This document shows positions 16,338-25,647 of a DNA stretch of 32,000 bases, one piece after another. Source of the DNA: Candidatus Electrothrix sp. GW3-4 (GTDB lineage Bacteria; Desulfobacterota; Desulfobulbia; Desulfobulbales; Desulfobulbaceae); assembly GCF_037902255.1 (NCBI RefSeq), contig NZ_CP147990.1:1680001-1712000 (forward strand), in the 5' to 3' direction. Numbering within the stretch: position 1 is the first letter of the stretch; every line of letters begins with the position of its first letter. The position numbers were made by a program, and so were the translations under genes. A model generated the notes under the pieces. The model had not been told where the DNA came from, searched no databases, and saw only the letters and a list, made by a program, of their open reading frames with translations.

Positions 16338-16589
16338 GGTTCCCTGTTCTCAGGGTGAAATTTTTATAAAAATTTGTTTATAAAAAAAATGTAAAAAGCT
16401 CGACCGGTCCTTCTGGTTCCCTAAAACAGTACCATTGCGACAGGGAAAAGCAACCTGAAATTCGCTACGTTCTGATTCCTCACGCCTACAAGCCCTTTAA
16501 TGGTTCAATTCCCTTGCACAGAACCCCTGTTTTGAGTAGAAAACAGGCGGTTGTCTGGATGAAAAACATAAACTCTCAGTCTCCTGTGC

Positions 16590-18551
16590 ATGAAGCCCCT
16601 GAACGATACCACCATACTCCGGCTCACCTCCTGGCTGGAACAAGAGGATGATTTTGTCTTTTTAGAAAGCTCTCGGTTGAGCGAGGAAAACCATCGCTCA
16701 TTTCTCTTTCGCAGGCCATCAGCGCATCTCTGCTGTCAGCCCGGCGACTCGGTTACCGCCTTTCTCAAACAAGTTGATCAGGCTCGCGCCCAAGGCCAGT
16801 ATCTGGCAGGCTGGCAGGCCTATGAATTCGGCTATCTCCTGGAGCCCTGTCTGCGTTCCATCCTTGCCCAATCTCCTGTTGCGGATAAGCCCTTGGCTAT
16901 GCTCGGGGTCTACGAGGCACCGCTGATCTTTGATCATAAAACCGGAGTGTTCAGCAACGGGTCTGGCTGGCCCCTCAGTTCTTGTGGAGAAGAGAAGGAG
17001 GATAAAGAAGAATTTTACTCCTGCACCGATCTGACAACAACCATCACCCGCCAGGAGTATATCCGGGCAATTCAGGCAATTCAGGAGTATATCCGGGCCG
17101 GGGATACCTACCAGGTCAACTTCACCCTTCATTTTGACTTTTCCTTTCAGGGCTCGGTGGCAGCCCTGTATCGGGCCTTACGCCGCAATCAATCCGTGGC
17201 CTACAGTGCCTGGATTCGCCATAAGGGAGAGGATATCCTCAGCTTTTCTCCAGAGCTCTTTTTTCGTGCAGATGGACAACAGGTCAGGGTCCGCCCCATG
17301 AAAGGCACCATGTCCCGGGGGAGGACAAACGCGGAAGATAAAGCGCGTCAGGATGAGCTGCGCTCTGATCCGAAGAATCAAAGTGAAAATGTGATGATCG
17401 TTGACCTGCTGCGCAATGATCTTGCCCGTCTCCTGTACGCCGATGAGCAGGAGAAGACGCAAGGCAGGGTCCTGGCCCAATCCCTCTTTGATGTGGAGGT
17501 CTATGAATCCCTCCTGCAAATGACCTCCACCATTGACGGGACCTGCGTGCAGCAGGAACAGCAATCAGGTCAGAGCAGCCCCCTTTCTTTTCAACGACTC
17601 ATCAAGGCCCTTTTTCCCTGCGGCTCAGTGACCGGAGCTCCGAAGATCCGCACCATGGAGATTATTCACGAGCTGGAGCAACAAGCCAGAGGGGTGTACT
17701 GCGGGGCTGTCGGCTATACCGGGCCGGAACAAAGCTGCTTTAACGTGCCGATCCGTACTGTGGAACTGAACCAGGGGAAAGGACGCATGGGGATTGGTTC
17801 AGGCATTGTTGCAGATTCGGTTGCTGAGGCAGAATGGGAGGAATGCCTGCTCAAGGGCAACTTCCTCACCAAGAGCAAAGTGGATTTCCAGCTCATCGAA
17901 ACCATGCGCTGGCGGCCTGAGGAGGGATATTTCCTCCTGGAGTATCATCTGGAACGGTTGCAGGATGCTGCCCGTTATTTTCATTTCTGCCATGACCCCG
18001 GAGAGGTCTGTGGCCTTGTAGAGCAAACAGCGGCGGAGTTGAGGGCAACTGTACGAAATAGACAAGCGGCTAAGCAATGGCGGGTGCGCCTCTTGCTTCA
18101 TCGAGACGGTCGCCTGGAAATAAGCTCTATGCCCCTGCCTGATGCAGTTCAGAAAGGCCCTGCCCAGGTGATCTTTTCTCAGGAACAGGTGGATACTCGG
18201 GATCCCCATCGCCTTCATAAGACGACCCGGCGGGAACTCTATACCCAGGAGTTTCAACGGGCCACTGAGCAGGGATATTATGATATCCTGTTCACCAATA
18301 CCGCTGGAGAGGTAACAGAGGGGGCAATCACCAATGTCTTTCTCCGGCTGAAAAAGAACGGGCCCCTTCTGACCCCTCCAGTGGATTGCGGCCTGCTGGC
18401 AGGGACCTACAGGCGGATGCTGCTGGAACAGGGCAGGGCGGTTGAACAGGTCCTGAAGAAGGAGGATCTCTTTAAGGCAGAGGAGCTCTATGTGGCTAAC
18501 TCGGTGCGTGGGCTGGTGCTGGTCCGGCTGCGACAAGAGCAGGGAGAATAA
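16590..18551 (+). CDS. pabB: Aminodeoxychorismate synthase component I fused to aminodeoxychorismate lyase-like class IV aminotransferase domain (PabB-PabC)
   Basis: 653-aa ORF with chorismate-binding enzyme motifs (SFSPELFF, MKGTMSRG, ENVMIVDLLRNDL, FPCGSVTGAPKIRTMEII, GVYCGAVGY, GIGSGIVADS). A ~200-aa C-terminal fold-type IV-like region follows (ITNVF...TPP...GLLAGTYRRMLLE). Confidence 0.85.
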   Translation: MKPLNDTTILRLTSWLEQEDDFVFLESSRLSEENHRSFLFRRPSAHLCCQPGDSVTAFLKQVDQARAQGQYLAGWQAYEFGYLLEPCLRSILAQSPVADKPLAMLGVYEAPLIFDHKTGVFSNGSGWPLSSCGEEKEDKEEFYSCTDLTTTITRQEYIRAIQAIQEYIRAGDTYQVNFTLHFDFSFQGSVAALYRALRRNQSVAYSAWIRHKGEDILSFSPELFFRADGQQVRVRPMKGTMSRGRTNAEDKARQDELRSDPKNQSENVMIVDLLRNDLARLLYADEQEKTQGRVLAQSLFDVEVYESLLQMTSTIDGTCVQQEQQSGQSSPLSFQRLIKALFPCGSVTGAPKIRTMEIIHELEQQARGVYCGAVGYTGPEQSCFNVPIRTVELNQGKGRMGIGSGIVADSVAEAEWEECLLKGNFLTKSKVDFQLIETMRWRPEEGYFLLEYHLERLQDAARYFHFCHDPGEVCGLVEQTAAELRATVRNRQAAKQWRVRLLLHRDGRLEISSMPLPDAVQKGPAQVIFSQEQVDTRDPHRLHKTTRRELYTQEFQRATEQGYYDILFTNTAGEVTEGAITNVFLRLKKNGPLLTPPVDCGLLAGTYRRMLLEQGRAVEQVLKKEDLFKAEELYVANSVRGLVLVRLRQEQGE

Positions 18552-18708
18552 AGCTGCCCTGCAACAAGCTTTAGCGGCCTTTTTGCTGGCAATCCCTAGC
18601 CTCAGCGTTTAGTATTCGGGAATTATCGCCTGATCACCTTATCCTGCTCATTGAAAAGGAGAAAAAAGATCAGGCACCACCTTGAACTTCTTGTAACAGA
18701 AGACCTCT

Positions 18709-20178
18709 ATGAATGAACAACCTGATCCGTCCTGGAAGCCTGAAGAACAACGAGGGGTGCAACCCTTTGCCCTGGTTAAATACTTTTCCTTTACCTCACT
18801 CCTTGTTATCCTGGTGGCCTCCTTTGTTTTGACCTGGAGTTTTTCCAATAATGCCCGGGATACCATGCTGGATCGGAGTGAGAGCTACTCCCGTATGTTT
18901 GCCGAGAATCTGAACCGGCAGGTCTTTCATAGCTTTGTCATTCCCACGGTTATCCGCTTCGGACGTATCGCCCTCTCTGATGAAGCCCAGTTTGGACTGC
19001 TTGATCAGATGGTGCATAACATCACCCGGGGAATGAAGATCGAGGCCGTCACCATCTTTGATTCCCGGGAGAATATTGTCTCCTATTCTACGGATGCGGC
19101 CTTGGTAGGGAAAAAAAATATCGGCGGCATTGAGTACAAAAAGGCCTTAAAGGGAGAAAGCACCTCTGTGTTGATCTCTAACGGTTCTATGTTCAACCTG
19201 CTGCCCGGTGCCTCCCCTATGTTCTGCACCCTTAAGACCTATGTCCCGTTTCGTCAGGAACGACGGGTAGGTGATCGATCCGGTGAGATTATGGGGGTTA
19301 TCCTGGTGGTCAAGGATCTGTCAGAGGATCTGGAAGCGGTGGTCTCCTTGCAGTTCAGGGTCTTGCTCCTCTCTTTGACTGTTATGGGAATTCTGTTCGC
19401 GGTCCTGAGTGCCATCGTGATTCGGGCCAACCGGATCATGGAGGCCCGGGCTGAGGAGCGGCGGGAGCTGGAAAAACAGCTGCACGAGGCCCAGCGCCTG
19501 GCCGTGCTGGGCAAGATGATCGCCTCTGTTTCCCATGAAATCAAGAACCCCCTGGGTATTGTCCGCTCCACAGCGGAGATCCTCGGTAAACGACTGGCCA
19601 AGCTGGCACCGGGTAACGAACATCTCTCTAAGATCATTGTTGATGAAACCACCCGCCTGGATGGCATTGTTCGTGAATTTCTTGATTTTGCCCGTCCCAA
19701 GACCCCGACCAAGGCCCTGGGGTCCTTGAACACCTTGGTGCGGCGTTTGGCCTTGTTTATGAACGTCGAGTTCAGCGATAAGCAGATTGATTTTGTAGAT
19801 GAGCTGGACCCCGAGCTTCCTGAGTGTCCGCTTGATGGCGATCAGCTCTACCAGGTGTTGCTCAATATCATCTTTAACGCTATCCATGCCATGCCCGAGG
19901 GGGGCAAACTCACGGTTCGCACCTTTGCCAGTGAGAAAGATGTTTCTTTGGAGATCACCGATAGCGGTTCCGGGATGCCACCGGAGAAACTGGAACAGAT
20001 CTTCATCCCCTTCTTTACCGATAAAAACCGGGGAACCGGTCTGGGGCTTGCCATCACCAAGAATATTGTTGAGCAGCATAAGGGTGAGATAAAGGTGCAG
20101 AGTGAAGAAGGCGTTGGCACGACCTTTACTGTGAGACTGCCTAAGGAAGAGGTCACTGAACTACCCAACCATGCTTGA
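18709..20178 (+). CDS. Membrane sensor histidine kinase (NtrB/AtoS-like HisKA + HATPase_c) with periplasmic sensor domain
   Basis: 489-aa ORF with two TM segments flanking a ~170-aa extracytoplasmic region. It has an H-box (SHEIKNPL), N-box (LLNIIFNAIHAM), G1 (DSGSGM) and G2 (GTGLGLAI). Confidence 0.9.
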   Translation: MNEQPDPSWKPEEQRGVQPFALVKYFSFTSLLVILVASFVLTWSFSNNARDTMLDRSESYSRMFAENLNRQVFHSFVIPTVIRFGRIALSDEAQFGLLDQMVHNITRGMKIEAVTIFDSRENIVSYSTDAALVGKKNIGGIEYKKALKGESTSVLISNGSMFNLLPGASPMFCTLKTYVPFRQERRVGDRSGEIMGVILVVKDLSEDLEAVVSLQFRVLLLSLTVMGILFAVLSAIVIRANRIMEARAEERRELEKQLHEAQRLAVLGKMIASVSHEIKNPLGIVRSTAEILGKRLAKLAPGNEHLSKIIVDETTRLDGIVREFLDFARPKTPTKALGSLNTLVRRLALFMNVEFSDKQIDFVDELDPELPECPLDGDQLYQVLLNIIFNAIHAMPEGGKLTVRTFASEKDVSLEITDSGSGMPPEKLEQIFIPFFTDKNRGTGLGLAITKNIVEQHKGEIKVQSEEGVGTTFTVRLPKEEVTELPNHA

Positions 20179-20306
20179 TAAGTTGTGCTTGCCGAGGAAA
20201 AAAAACGAACAGGCTGGCCCTGTATCATTGCTCGTTGAACCTTTGGCTCGGCGCAGGACGATATAGAGATTACTATGAAAAAATATGGAGATAATATCAG
20301 GTTAGC

Positions 20307-22394
20307 ATGATCAGGTTTACGCGTCCTTCAATAAACATGCTCATAATGCGTTGCAAACGATTGATCGCTGAACAACGGCAGCGATTGCGCATGAGGGAAC
20401 ATACCTTTATGGTTATTGTTGCCGTTGTCATCGGTCTGCTGGGCGGATTCGGTGCGATCTTTTTTCGCTTTGCCATTCGCTTCTTTGAAGGGATCTTTTT
20501 CGGAACCTGCCAATACTCACTTGACTATGCCTTGCAATTACCCTGGTATGTTAAGCTGCTCGCCCCAGCAGCAGGGGGCTTGATCGTGGGACCAATTGTC
20601 TTTTATTTTGCCCGGGAAGCAAAAGGCCATGGGGTTCCCGAAGTCATGGAGTCCATCGTGCTGCGGGGCGGCGCTATTCGTCCCCGGGTGATGCTTGCCA
20701 AGGTCATGGCCTCGGCCGTTTCCATTGGCTCTGGGGGCTCGGTGGGACGCGAAGGACCGATCGTCCAGATTGGTTCAGCCATTGGGTCTTCCTTGGGGCA
20801 GTTCCTCAAGGTGACCGGCTCGCATCTGCGGACCTTTGTGGCCTGTGGCACCGCAGCCGGGATCGCGGCAACCTTTAATGCACCTATAGCCGGGGCCCTG
20901 TTCGCGATGGAAGTCATTCTCAGTGATTTCGGTATCTCTCAATTCAGCCCTATCGTGGTTTCATCGGTTGCCGCCACCGTTGTCTCTCGTCATTTTATAG
21001 GTGATTTTTCAGCCTTTGTCATTCCGCATTATGAGCTAGTCAGTGTCTTTGAAATGATTCCTTATTTCATTCTGGGAATCCTGTCCGCTCTTGTCGCCCT
21101 GGGCTTCATCACGATCTTATATAAGACCGAGGATCTGTTTGAAGCCCTTCGTATCCCCTCCCTCTTGAAACCCGTCTTCGGGGGCCTCCTGATTGGCGGG
21201 ATTGGCATTATCTTTCCCCATATATTCGGGGTCGGCTACGATACCATCAGTCTCGCGCTTAATGGCCAGATGGTTGGCTACTTGATGCTCTTTCTGGTCG
21301 GCTTAAAGATCATCGCGACCTCCATTACCATCGGCTCCGGTGGATCCGGGGGTATCTTTGCCCCTTCTCTGTTTTTGGGGGCAAACCTCAGTGGTTTTGT
21401 CGGGACCATTGTTCATGGCCTGGCACCGACACTCACGGCCTCACCTGGAGCGTACGCGCTGGTGGGAATGGGCGCAGTGGCCTCAGGTGCTATGCATGCA
21501 CCGATCACCTCAATTCTTATTATCTTTGAGCTGACCAATGATTACCGGATTATCCTCCCCTTGATGATTGCCTGTATCGTCAGTGTGTTAACGACTACCC
21601 GCCTGAGAAAGGATTCCATCTATACCCTCAAACTTTCTCGCCGAGGAATTGATCTTTTTCAGGGGCAGGAGGTCAATGTCCTGCGTTCCTTACAGGTCTC
21701 CCGAGTGATGAAAACGGATTTCGAACAGATAAGCGCAGACACTTCGTTGCGAAAGTTGATGGACCTAACGGTCAGCAGCCCACACTCGAATTTTTTTGTG
21801 GTCAACAGCCAGAATCAGCTGCTTGGCATGATATCGATTCATGATATTCGCAGAATAATATATGCATATAATGCATTGGAGCCTGTTCTTATTGCCTATG
21901 ATGTAATGAAGCCAATCCCACAATCTTTTACCTCAACGGACAGTCTGGATGTCGTCATGAAGGCGTTGGGGCATATGAACATTGATGAACTCCCTGTGGT
22001 GCAAGAGGGCAATGGTTCGCAGCTCCTGGGCACGGTGGCCAAGGACGATGTCATTGATGCGTACAACCAAGAGATGGTGAAGCGGGATATGATTACCTCA
22101 GTTTCCGGGGCCATCGGTTCAATGGGTACGTTTAAACGCATCGAACTGATGGATGGTCAGATTCTCTGTGAGATTGAGGTGCCGGGAGCCTTTATCGGCA
22201 AGACCCTGCAAGAACTCAATCTGCGGAGTCGTTTTGCTGTTGAGGTCGTTATGATTAAAGAGGGTTTTAATGCTGAGAAGAATGAAAAACAGCATGTCAT
22301 GATGCCGCAGCCAGATTATCCTTTTCAATTTGGCGATTCCCTTCTCATTATGGGCTCACAAGAGAACGTGAACAAGATCAGGAAATCCCCTTAA
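20307..22394 (+). CDS. ClC-family chloride channel/antiporter with C-terminal CBS pair and TrkA_C-like domain
   Basis: 695-aa ORF with ClC selectivity motifs (GSGGSVGREGP, GSGGSGGIFAPS) and multiple TM segments. The CBS-like region includes MISIHDI and ELPVV, and the C-terminal TrkA_C-like segment includes GKTLQELNLRSRFAVEVVMI. The true start may be a downstream Met. Confidence 0.9.
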   Translation: MIRFTRPSINMLIMRCKRLIAEQRQRLRMREHTFMVIVAVVIGLLGGFGAIFFRFAIRFFEGIFFGTCQYSLDYALQLPWYVKLLAPAAGGLIVGPIVFYFAREAKGHGVPEVMESIVLRGGAIRPRVMLAKVMASAVSIGSGGSVGREGPIVQIGSAIGSSLGQFLKVTGSHLRTFVACGTAAGIAATFNAPIAGALFAMEVILSDFGISQFSPIVVSSVAATVVSRHFIGDFSAFVIPHYELVSVFEMIPYFILGILSALVALGFITILYKTEDLFEALRIPSLLKPVFGGLLIGGIGIIFPHIFGVGYDTISLALNGQMVGYLMLFLVGLKIIATSITIGSGGSGGIFAPSLFLGANLSGFVGTIVHGLAPTLTASPGAYALVGMGAVASGAMHAPITSILIIFELTNDYRIILPLMIACIVSVLTTTRLRKDSIYTLKLSRRGIDLFQGQEVNVLRSLQVSRVMKTDFEQISADTSLRKLMDLTVSSPHSNFFVVNSQNQLLGMISIHDIRRIIYAYNALEPVLIAYDVMKPIPQSFTSTDSLDVVMKALGHMNIDELPVVQEGNGSQLLGTVAKDDVIDAYNQEMVKRDMITSVSGAIGSMGTFKRIELMDGQILCEIEVPGAFIGKTLQELNLRSRFAVEVVMIKEGFNAEKNEKQHVMMPQPDYPFQFGDSLLIMGSQENVNKIRKSP

Positions 22395-22436
22395 CACGTC
22401 TTTACCTTAACAAAATATTATTTGTATAAAAGAGTT

Positions 22437-24203
22437 ATGTTCAAGCCCTCGCAATATATCCCAGCCCTCCTTGCCCTGCTTGCTGCCTGCGCTGTTGTTG
22501 GCTATCTCCTCTATCAGGAACAGCACAAGGAGCGGCCTGATGAGATCAAAATCACCACTGCCGGTTTTCTGGAGATGTGTCTGTCCTGTCACACGGACGA
22601 AAAGCCGGATCCCGCCCATGCCGCCCATATGGTGGGCTGCTCGCCCTGTCATCTCGGTGATGCTGCTGCCACGGATAAAGAAAAGGCCCATACTGGTATG
22701 GTGATCAATCCCGGTGACCTGCGAGTAGCAGAACAGACCTGCGGGACCAAGGGCTGCCATCCTGCGGATGTGCATAAGGTGAAGAACTCCCTTATGGCCA
22801 CCAACCGGGGTATCCTTTCCACCCTGCTTTATTATTGGGGGGAACGGGACAGCCAGGATGCAGAGATCACCGTGGAGCAGCTGCTGGAGAGCGGCGAGAC
22901 CTCGCTGGCCCTGGATTATTACCGCAAACTCTGTGCCACCTGTCATCTCTGGAAGCAGAAGAATGACCTGCCAGGCTATCCGAAATTTTTTAATGAAAAG
23001 GGCGGTGGTTGCTCGGCCTGCCATTATGTGCCAGCTGAGGGGGATACGCCCACCACTGTGGACTCCTTTGCGGAGGAGAAGAACGAGAAGCCGGTAAAGA
23101 AACCGCATCCGCTGATCACCAAAAAGGTCCCGGATCAGAACTGTATCCGCTGTCATAATCGCTCCGGTCGGATCGGGATCTCCTATACCGGCAAGTTTGA
23201 GGCTGAGGGCTATGGCACCCCGTATGAAGGAGGCGAGCACTCCTCCCAGCGCCTGCCCGGTAACCGCTTCTACTTAGAGATTGCCGAGGATGTCCATCAT
23301 GCCAAGGGGATGTCCTGCATTGACTGCCATACCCGGGAGGAGATCATGGGTGATGGCACCCAGTATGCCCATTATGAGGAGCAGTTGGAGATCAGCTGTG
23401 AAGGCTGCCATTCCGAGCAGCCGGGCATGACCCGCAAGAACCGCAAGATTACCAATATTAGCCAGCAGGAGGGCGGCTTTGTCCTGACCGGACGCAATAA
23501 CGGTAAGGTCTACCCGCTGCGGCCGCCGAAAAAGGCAGCCTGTGCCTTTCCCGGTCATCAGCGGATGAGTTGTGAATCCTGCCATTCCACCTGGGTCCCG
23601 CAATGCTATGGTTGCCATGCCAAACGTGATGCCCGTGATACCCATCTGGATAAGCTCACCATTGAGGAGACCGAGGGCTGGTGGGAAGAAGGACGTTCCT
23701 ATATCCGTTATGAACAGCCCATGCTGGGGGTCTGGGGGGATAAGGTGGTGATTGTCACTCCAGGCTGTCAGGATATTGTCACCCTGATCGATAAGGAGGG
23801 CAATATTGAAGGCGGCTTTAACCGCTTTACCATGGCGGCCATCAATCCCCACACCACCCAGGCCAAGGGGCGGCCCTGTAAGGATTGTCATGCCTCGACT
23901 AAGACTGTGGGCCTGGGTGAGGGCACGGTAGTGAAGAAGGACGGCAAGTGGGTGTTCCACCCGGTAGGGCAGGGGGTAGATACCCTGGAAAAGAAGCGGA
24001 CCGTGCCCTTGGACGCCTTTGTTACCATTGACGGCAAACAGCTCCAGCATGGTTCCCGCGCGGACCTGCGCCCCTTTAATGCCAAGGAGCTGCGGCGTAT
24101 CCTCCGGGTCGGGCTCTGCCTGCCCTGTCATCAGGATTATGATGATCCGGCGTATCAAAATTATGATCCAGCACGGCCCTGCCCAGAGTATGAGGAGCCG
24201 TGA
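22437..24203 (+). CDS. Membrane-anchored multihaem c-type cytochrome (11 CXXCH + 1 CX4CH motifs)
   Basis: The ORF track starts at a TTG (22422). The ATG at 22437 with an upstream AAAAGAG looks more likely. It has an N-terminal hydrophobic anchor (IPALLALLAACAVVGYLLY). Haem motifs are CLSCH, CSPCH, CGTKGCH, CATCH, CSACH, CIRCH, CIDCH, CEGCH, CESCH, CYGCH, CKDCH and CLPCH. Confidence 0.9.
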   Translation: MFKPSQYIPALLALLAACAVVGYLLYQEQHKERPDEIKITTAGFLEMCLSCHTDEKPDPAHAAHMVGCSPCHLGDAAATDKEKAHTGMVINPGDLRVAEQTCGTKGCHPADVHKVKNSLMATNRGILSTLLYYWGERDSQDAEITVEQLLESGETSLALDYYRKLCATCHLWKQKNDLPGYPKFFNEKGGGCSACHYVPAEGDTPTTVDSFAEEKNEKPVKKPHPLITKKVPDQNCIRCHNRSGRIGISYTGKFEAEGYGTPYEGGEHSSQRLPGNRFYLEIAEDVHHAKGMSCIDCHTREEIMGDGTQYAHYEEQLEISCEGCHSEQPGMTRKNRKITNISQQEGGFVLTGRNNGKVYPLRPPKKAACAFPGHQRMSCESCHSTWVPQCYGCHAKRDARDTHLDKLTIEETEGWWEEGRSYIRYEQPMLGVWGDKVVIVTPGCQDIVTLIDKEGNIEGGFNRFTMAAINPHTTQAKGRPCKDCHASTKTVGLGEGTVVKKDGKWVFHPVGQGVDTLEKKRTVPLDAFVTIDGKQLQHGSRADLRPFNAKELRRILRVGLCLPCHQDYDDPAYQNYDPARPCPEYEEP

Positions 24204-24279
24204 TGATGAGCGATTCAGGAGAGAAAAAGAGCGGAGATAACCGGGATGACACCGGAGGAGGTTTGTTCAGGCCCTGGGG

Positions 24280-24636
24280 ATGAAGGAACAGGGAAAAAGA
24301 GAGGCGGCCCAGGAGGAGCGCCCGGAGAGAAGTGGGGCGATGGGTGAGAAAAGAGGACATGGAGAGGGGGGATCCGGCTCAGGAGCCGTGCGGAGCGACT
24401 TTTCCCTGCTCCTCTGTCATTTTGCCGCACTCCTTTGCCGTTTTGCACTGCTGCTTGGTCGTTCTGTTCCGCTACTGGATGGATTTTCCTCTCTACAGCA
24501 CCATTTTTCCTCCTTACGTGGCCTGCTTTCCTTGATCTTTGTCCTTCCCCCCCTCTTCAGGGTGCGTCTGCTGCATATTATCCGCATTGCTCCCGTAATC
24601 ACCCTTGCATGTTTTGTTAGAATAAGGCAACAATAA
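24280..24636 (+). CDS. Doubtful ORF: 118-aa protein with a G/E/R-rich N-terminus and a hydrophobic Leu/Arg-rich C-terminal part
   Basis: This is the only long ORF in the 494-bp gap. Its ATG sits in an ATGA overlap with a 26-aa ORF (24203-24283) that itself overlaps the cytochrome stop. The composition is atypical and I recognise no domain. Confidence 0.2.
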   Translation: MKEQGKREAAQEERPERSGAMGEKRGHGEGGSGSGAVRSDFSLLLCHFAALLCRFALLLGRSVPLLDGFSSLQHHFSSLRGLLSLIFVLPPLFRVRLLHIIRIAPVITLACFVRIRQQ

Positions 24637-24697
24637 ACGAGGTCGTTTGTAAGGAGGCGTTGAACTATTACCAGAGCTATCAGAACATGAGAGGATA

Positions 24698-25468
24698 ATG
24701 ATGAACAAATTCAGTTGTTTTTTTCTGTCTCTTCTAATCAGTATGTTCCTGTTTGGTTGCTTAGAGCGGGACCTGACCTTTCAAATCCAGTATGAGGATC
24801 TGCAGGGTCTTGCAATAGGCAACTCTATCTATTTTCAGGGCAATGAGATCGGGCTGGTTGAAAGGATTTCATATCGATCGCAAGGTGATTATCTCGTTGA
24901 TGTCAGAATAAAGCCTGACTTTAAAAACGCCGCGACCATCAACTCTGAATTTTATATCAGTGACGATCCGGTTAATAAGGGAAAAAAGGCTATTGTGGTG
25001 GAGCAGCAACAAGTAGGCGGGGCCGTTATTGCAAAGGCAGCCATTGTGCATGGCTCTGTTAAAGAGCCTCCCTTGCAAAACGTGTTTTCAGGTATAACTC
25101 AATCGATTGAAGTGGCTGGAGACAATTTAAAATTCAATTATGAGCAACTCCAGGAATCCATACTCGGTACCTCCCAGGAGCTGGGTGCTCAGCTGGAAGG
25201 GGCGATAAAAGATATCTCCCGGCAATTGAATACACTGAATAAAAAGATACAGGACGTTCCTGATAGTGAAAGAGTTAAAAGGTTGGAGCAATCAGTTAAG
25301 CAACTTGTTGATAGCCTGAAAGAATCAACTAATGATGTTCATGATAGGGTGAAGGAAGAATTGGTGCCTGCTCTCCAGAGGGAGCTTGATCAGCTCCGTG
25401 AACGGCTGAAACAAAGCGGCAGAGAAGAAGAAGTTGAGGATGCCCAGCAGCTGATTGATGAAATATAG
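24698..25468 (+). CDS. MlaD/MCE-domain lipoprotein with C-terminal coiled coil
   Basis: 256-aa ORF with a GAGAGG RBS and a signal peptide with a lipobox (LFGC). It has an MCE-like beta domain (YEDLQGLAIGNSIYFQGNEIGLVERISY...VDVRIKPDF), followed by a long heptad-like charged region. Confidence 0.7.
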   Translation: MMNKFSCFFLSLLISMFLFGCLERDLTFQIQYEDLQGLAIGNSIYFQGNEIGLVERISYRSQGDYLVDVRIKPDFKNAATINSEFYISDDPVNKGKKAIVVEQQQVGGAVIAKAAIVHGSVKEPPLQNVFSGITQSIEVAGDNLKFNYEQLQESILGTSQELGAQLEGAIKDISRQLNTLNKKIQDVPDSERVKRLEQSVKQLVDSLKESTNDVHDRVKEELVPALQRELDQLRERLKQSGREEEVEDAQQLIDEI

Positions 25469-25647
25469 CAGCATGCTGAGATTGTTGAGGTTGATGATGG
25501 CTGGTTCCTCTTGACAAGGAGAGGACAAACCATCATCAATCGTCCTTCCGCCAGTGCAACGTGGATTAGTTACAACTCAAAAACTTTTTCCTGACCGCTT
25601 CGCGCAGGAGCGGGAATGTCTGTCATGATGTTGAAAGGTAAAATTCG

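Noticed and set aside
18671-18686. Sigma-54-like AGGCACCACCTTGAAC upstream of the histidine kinase gene
   Set aside because: The GG to TTG spacing is one nucleotide short of the -24/-12 register, and the -12 element reads TTGA rather than TTGC.
20179-20306. Possible fluoride (crcB-motif) riboswitch upstream of the ClC gene
   Set aside because: I could not find the conserved crcB-motif elements as I remember them. The channel also carries CBS and TrkA_C domains, unlike the short ClC-F fluoride exporters that the riboswitch normally controls.
24201-24620. Selenocysteine or stop-codon readthrough extension of the cytochrome (frame open except for TGA codons)
   Set aside because: Three consecutive TGA codons are implausible as Sec sites, I saw no SECIS-like hairpin directly downstream, and the extension has no cytochrome-like CXXCH motifs. 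It is kept only as an oddity in the findings.
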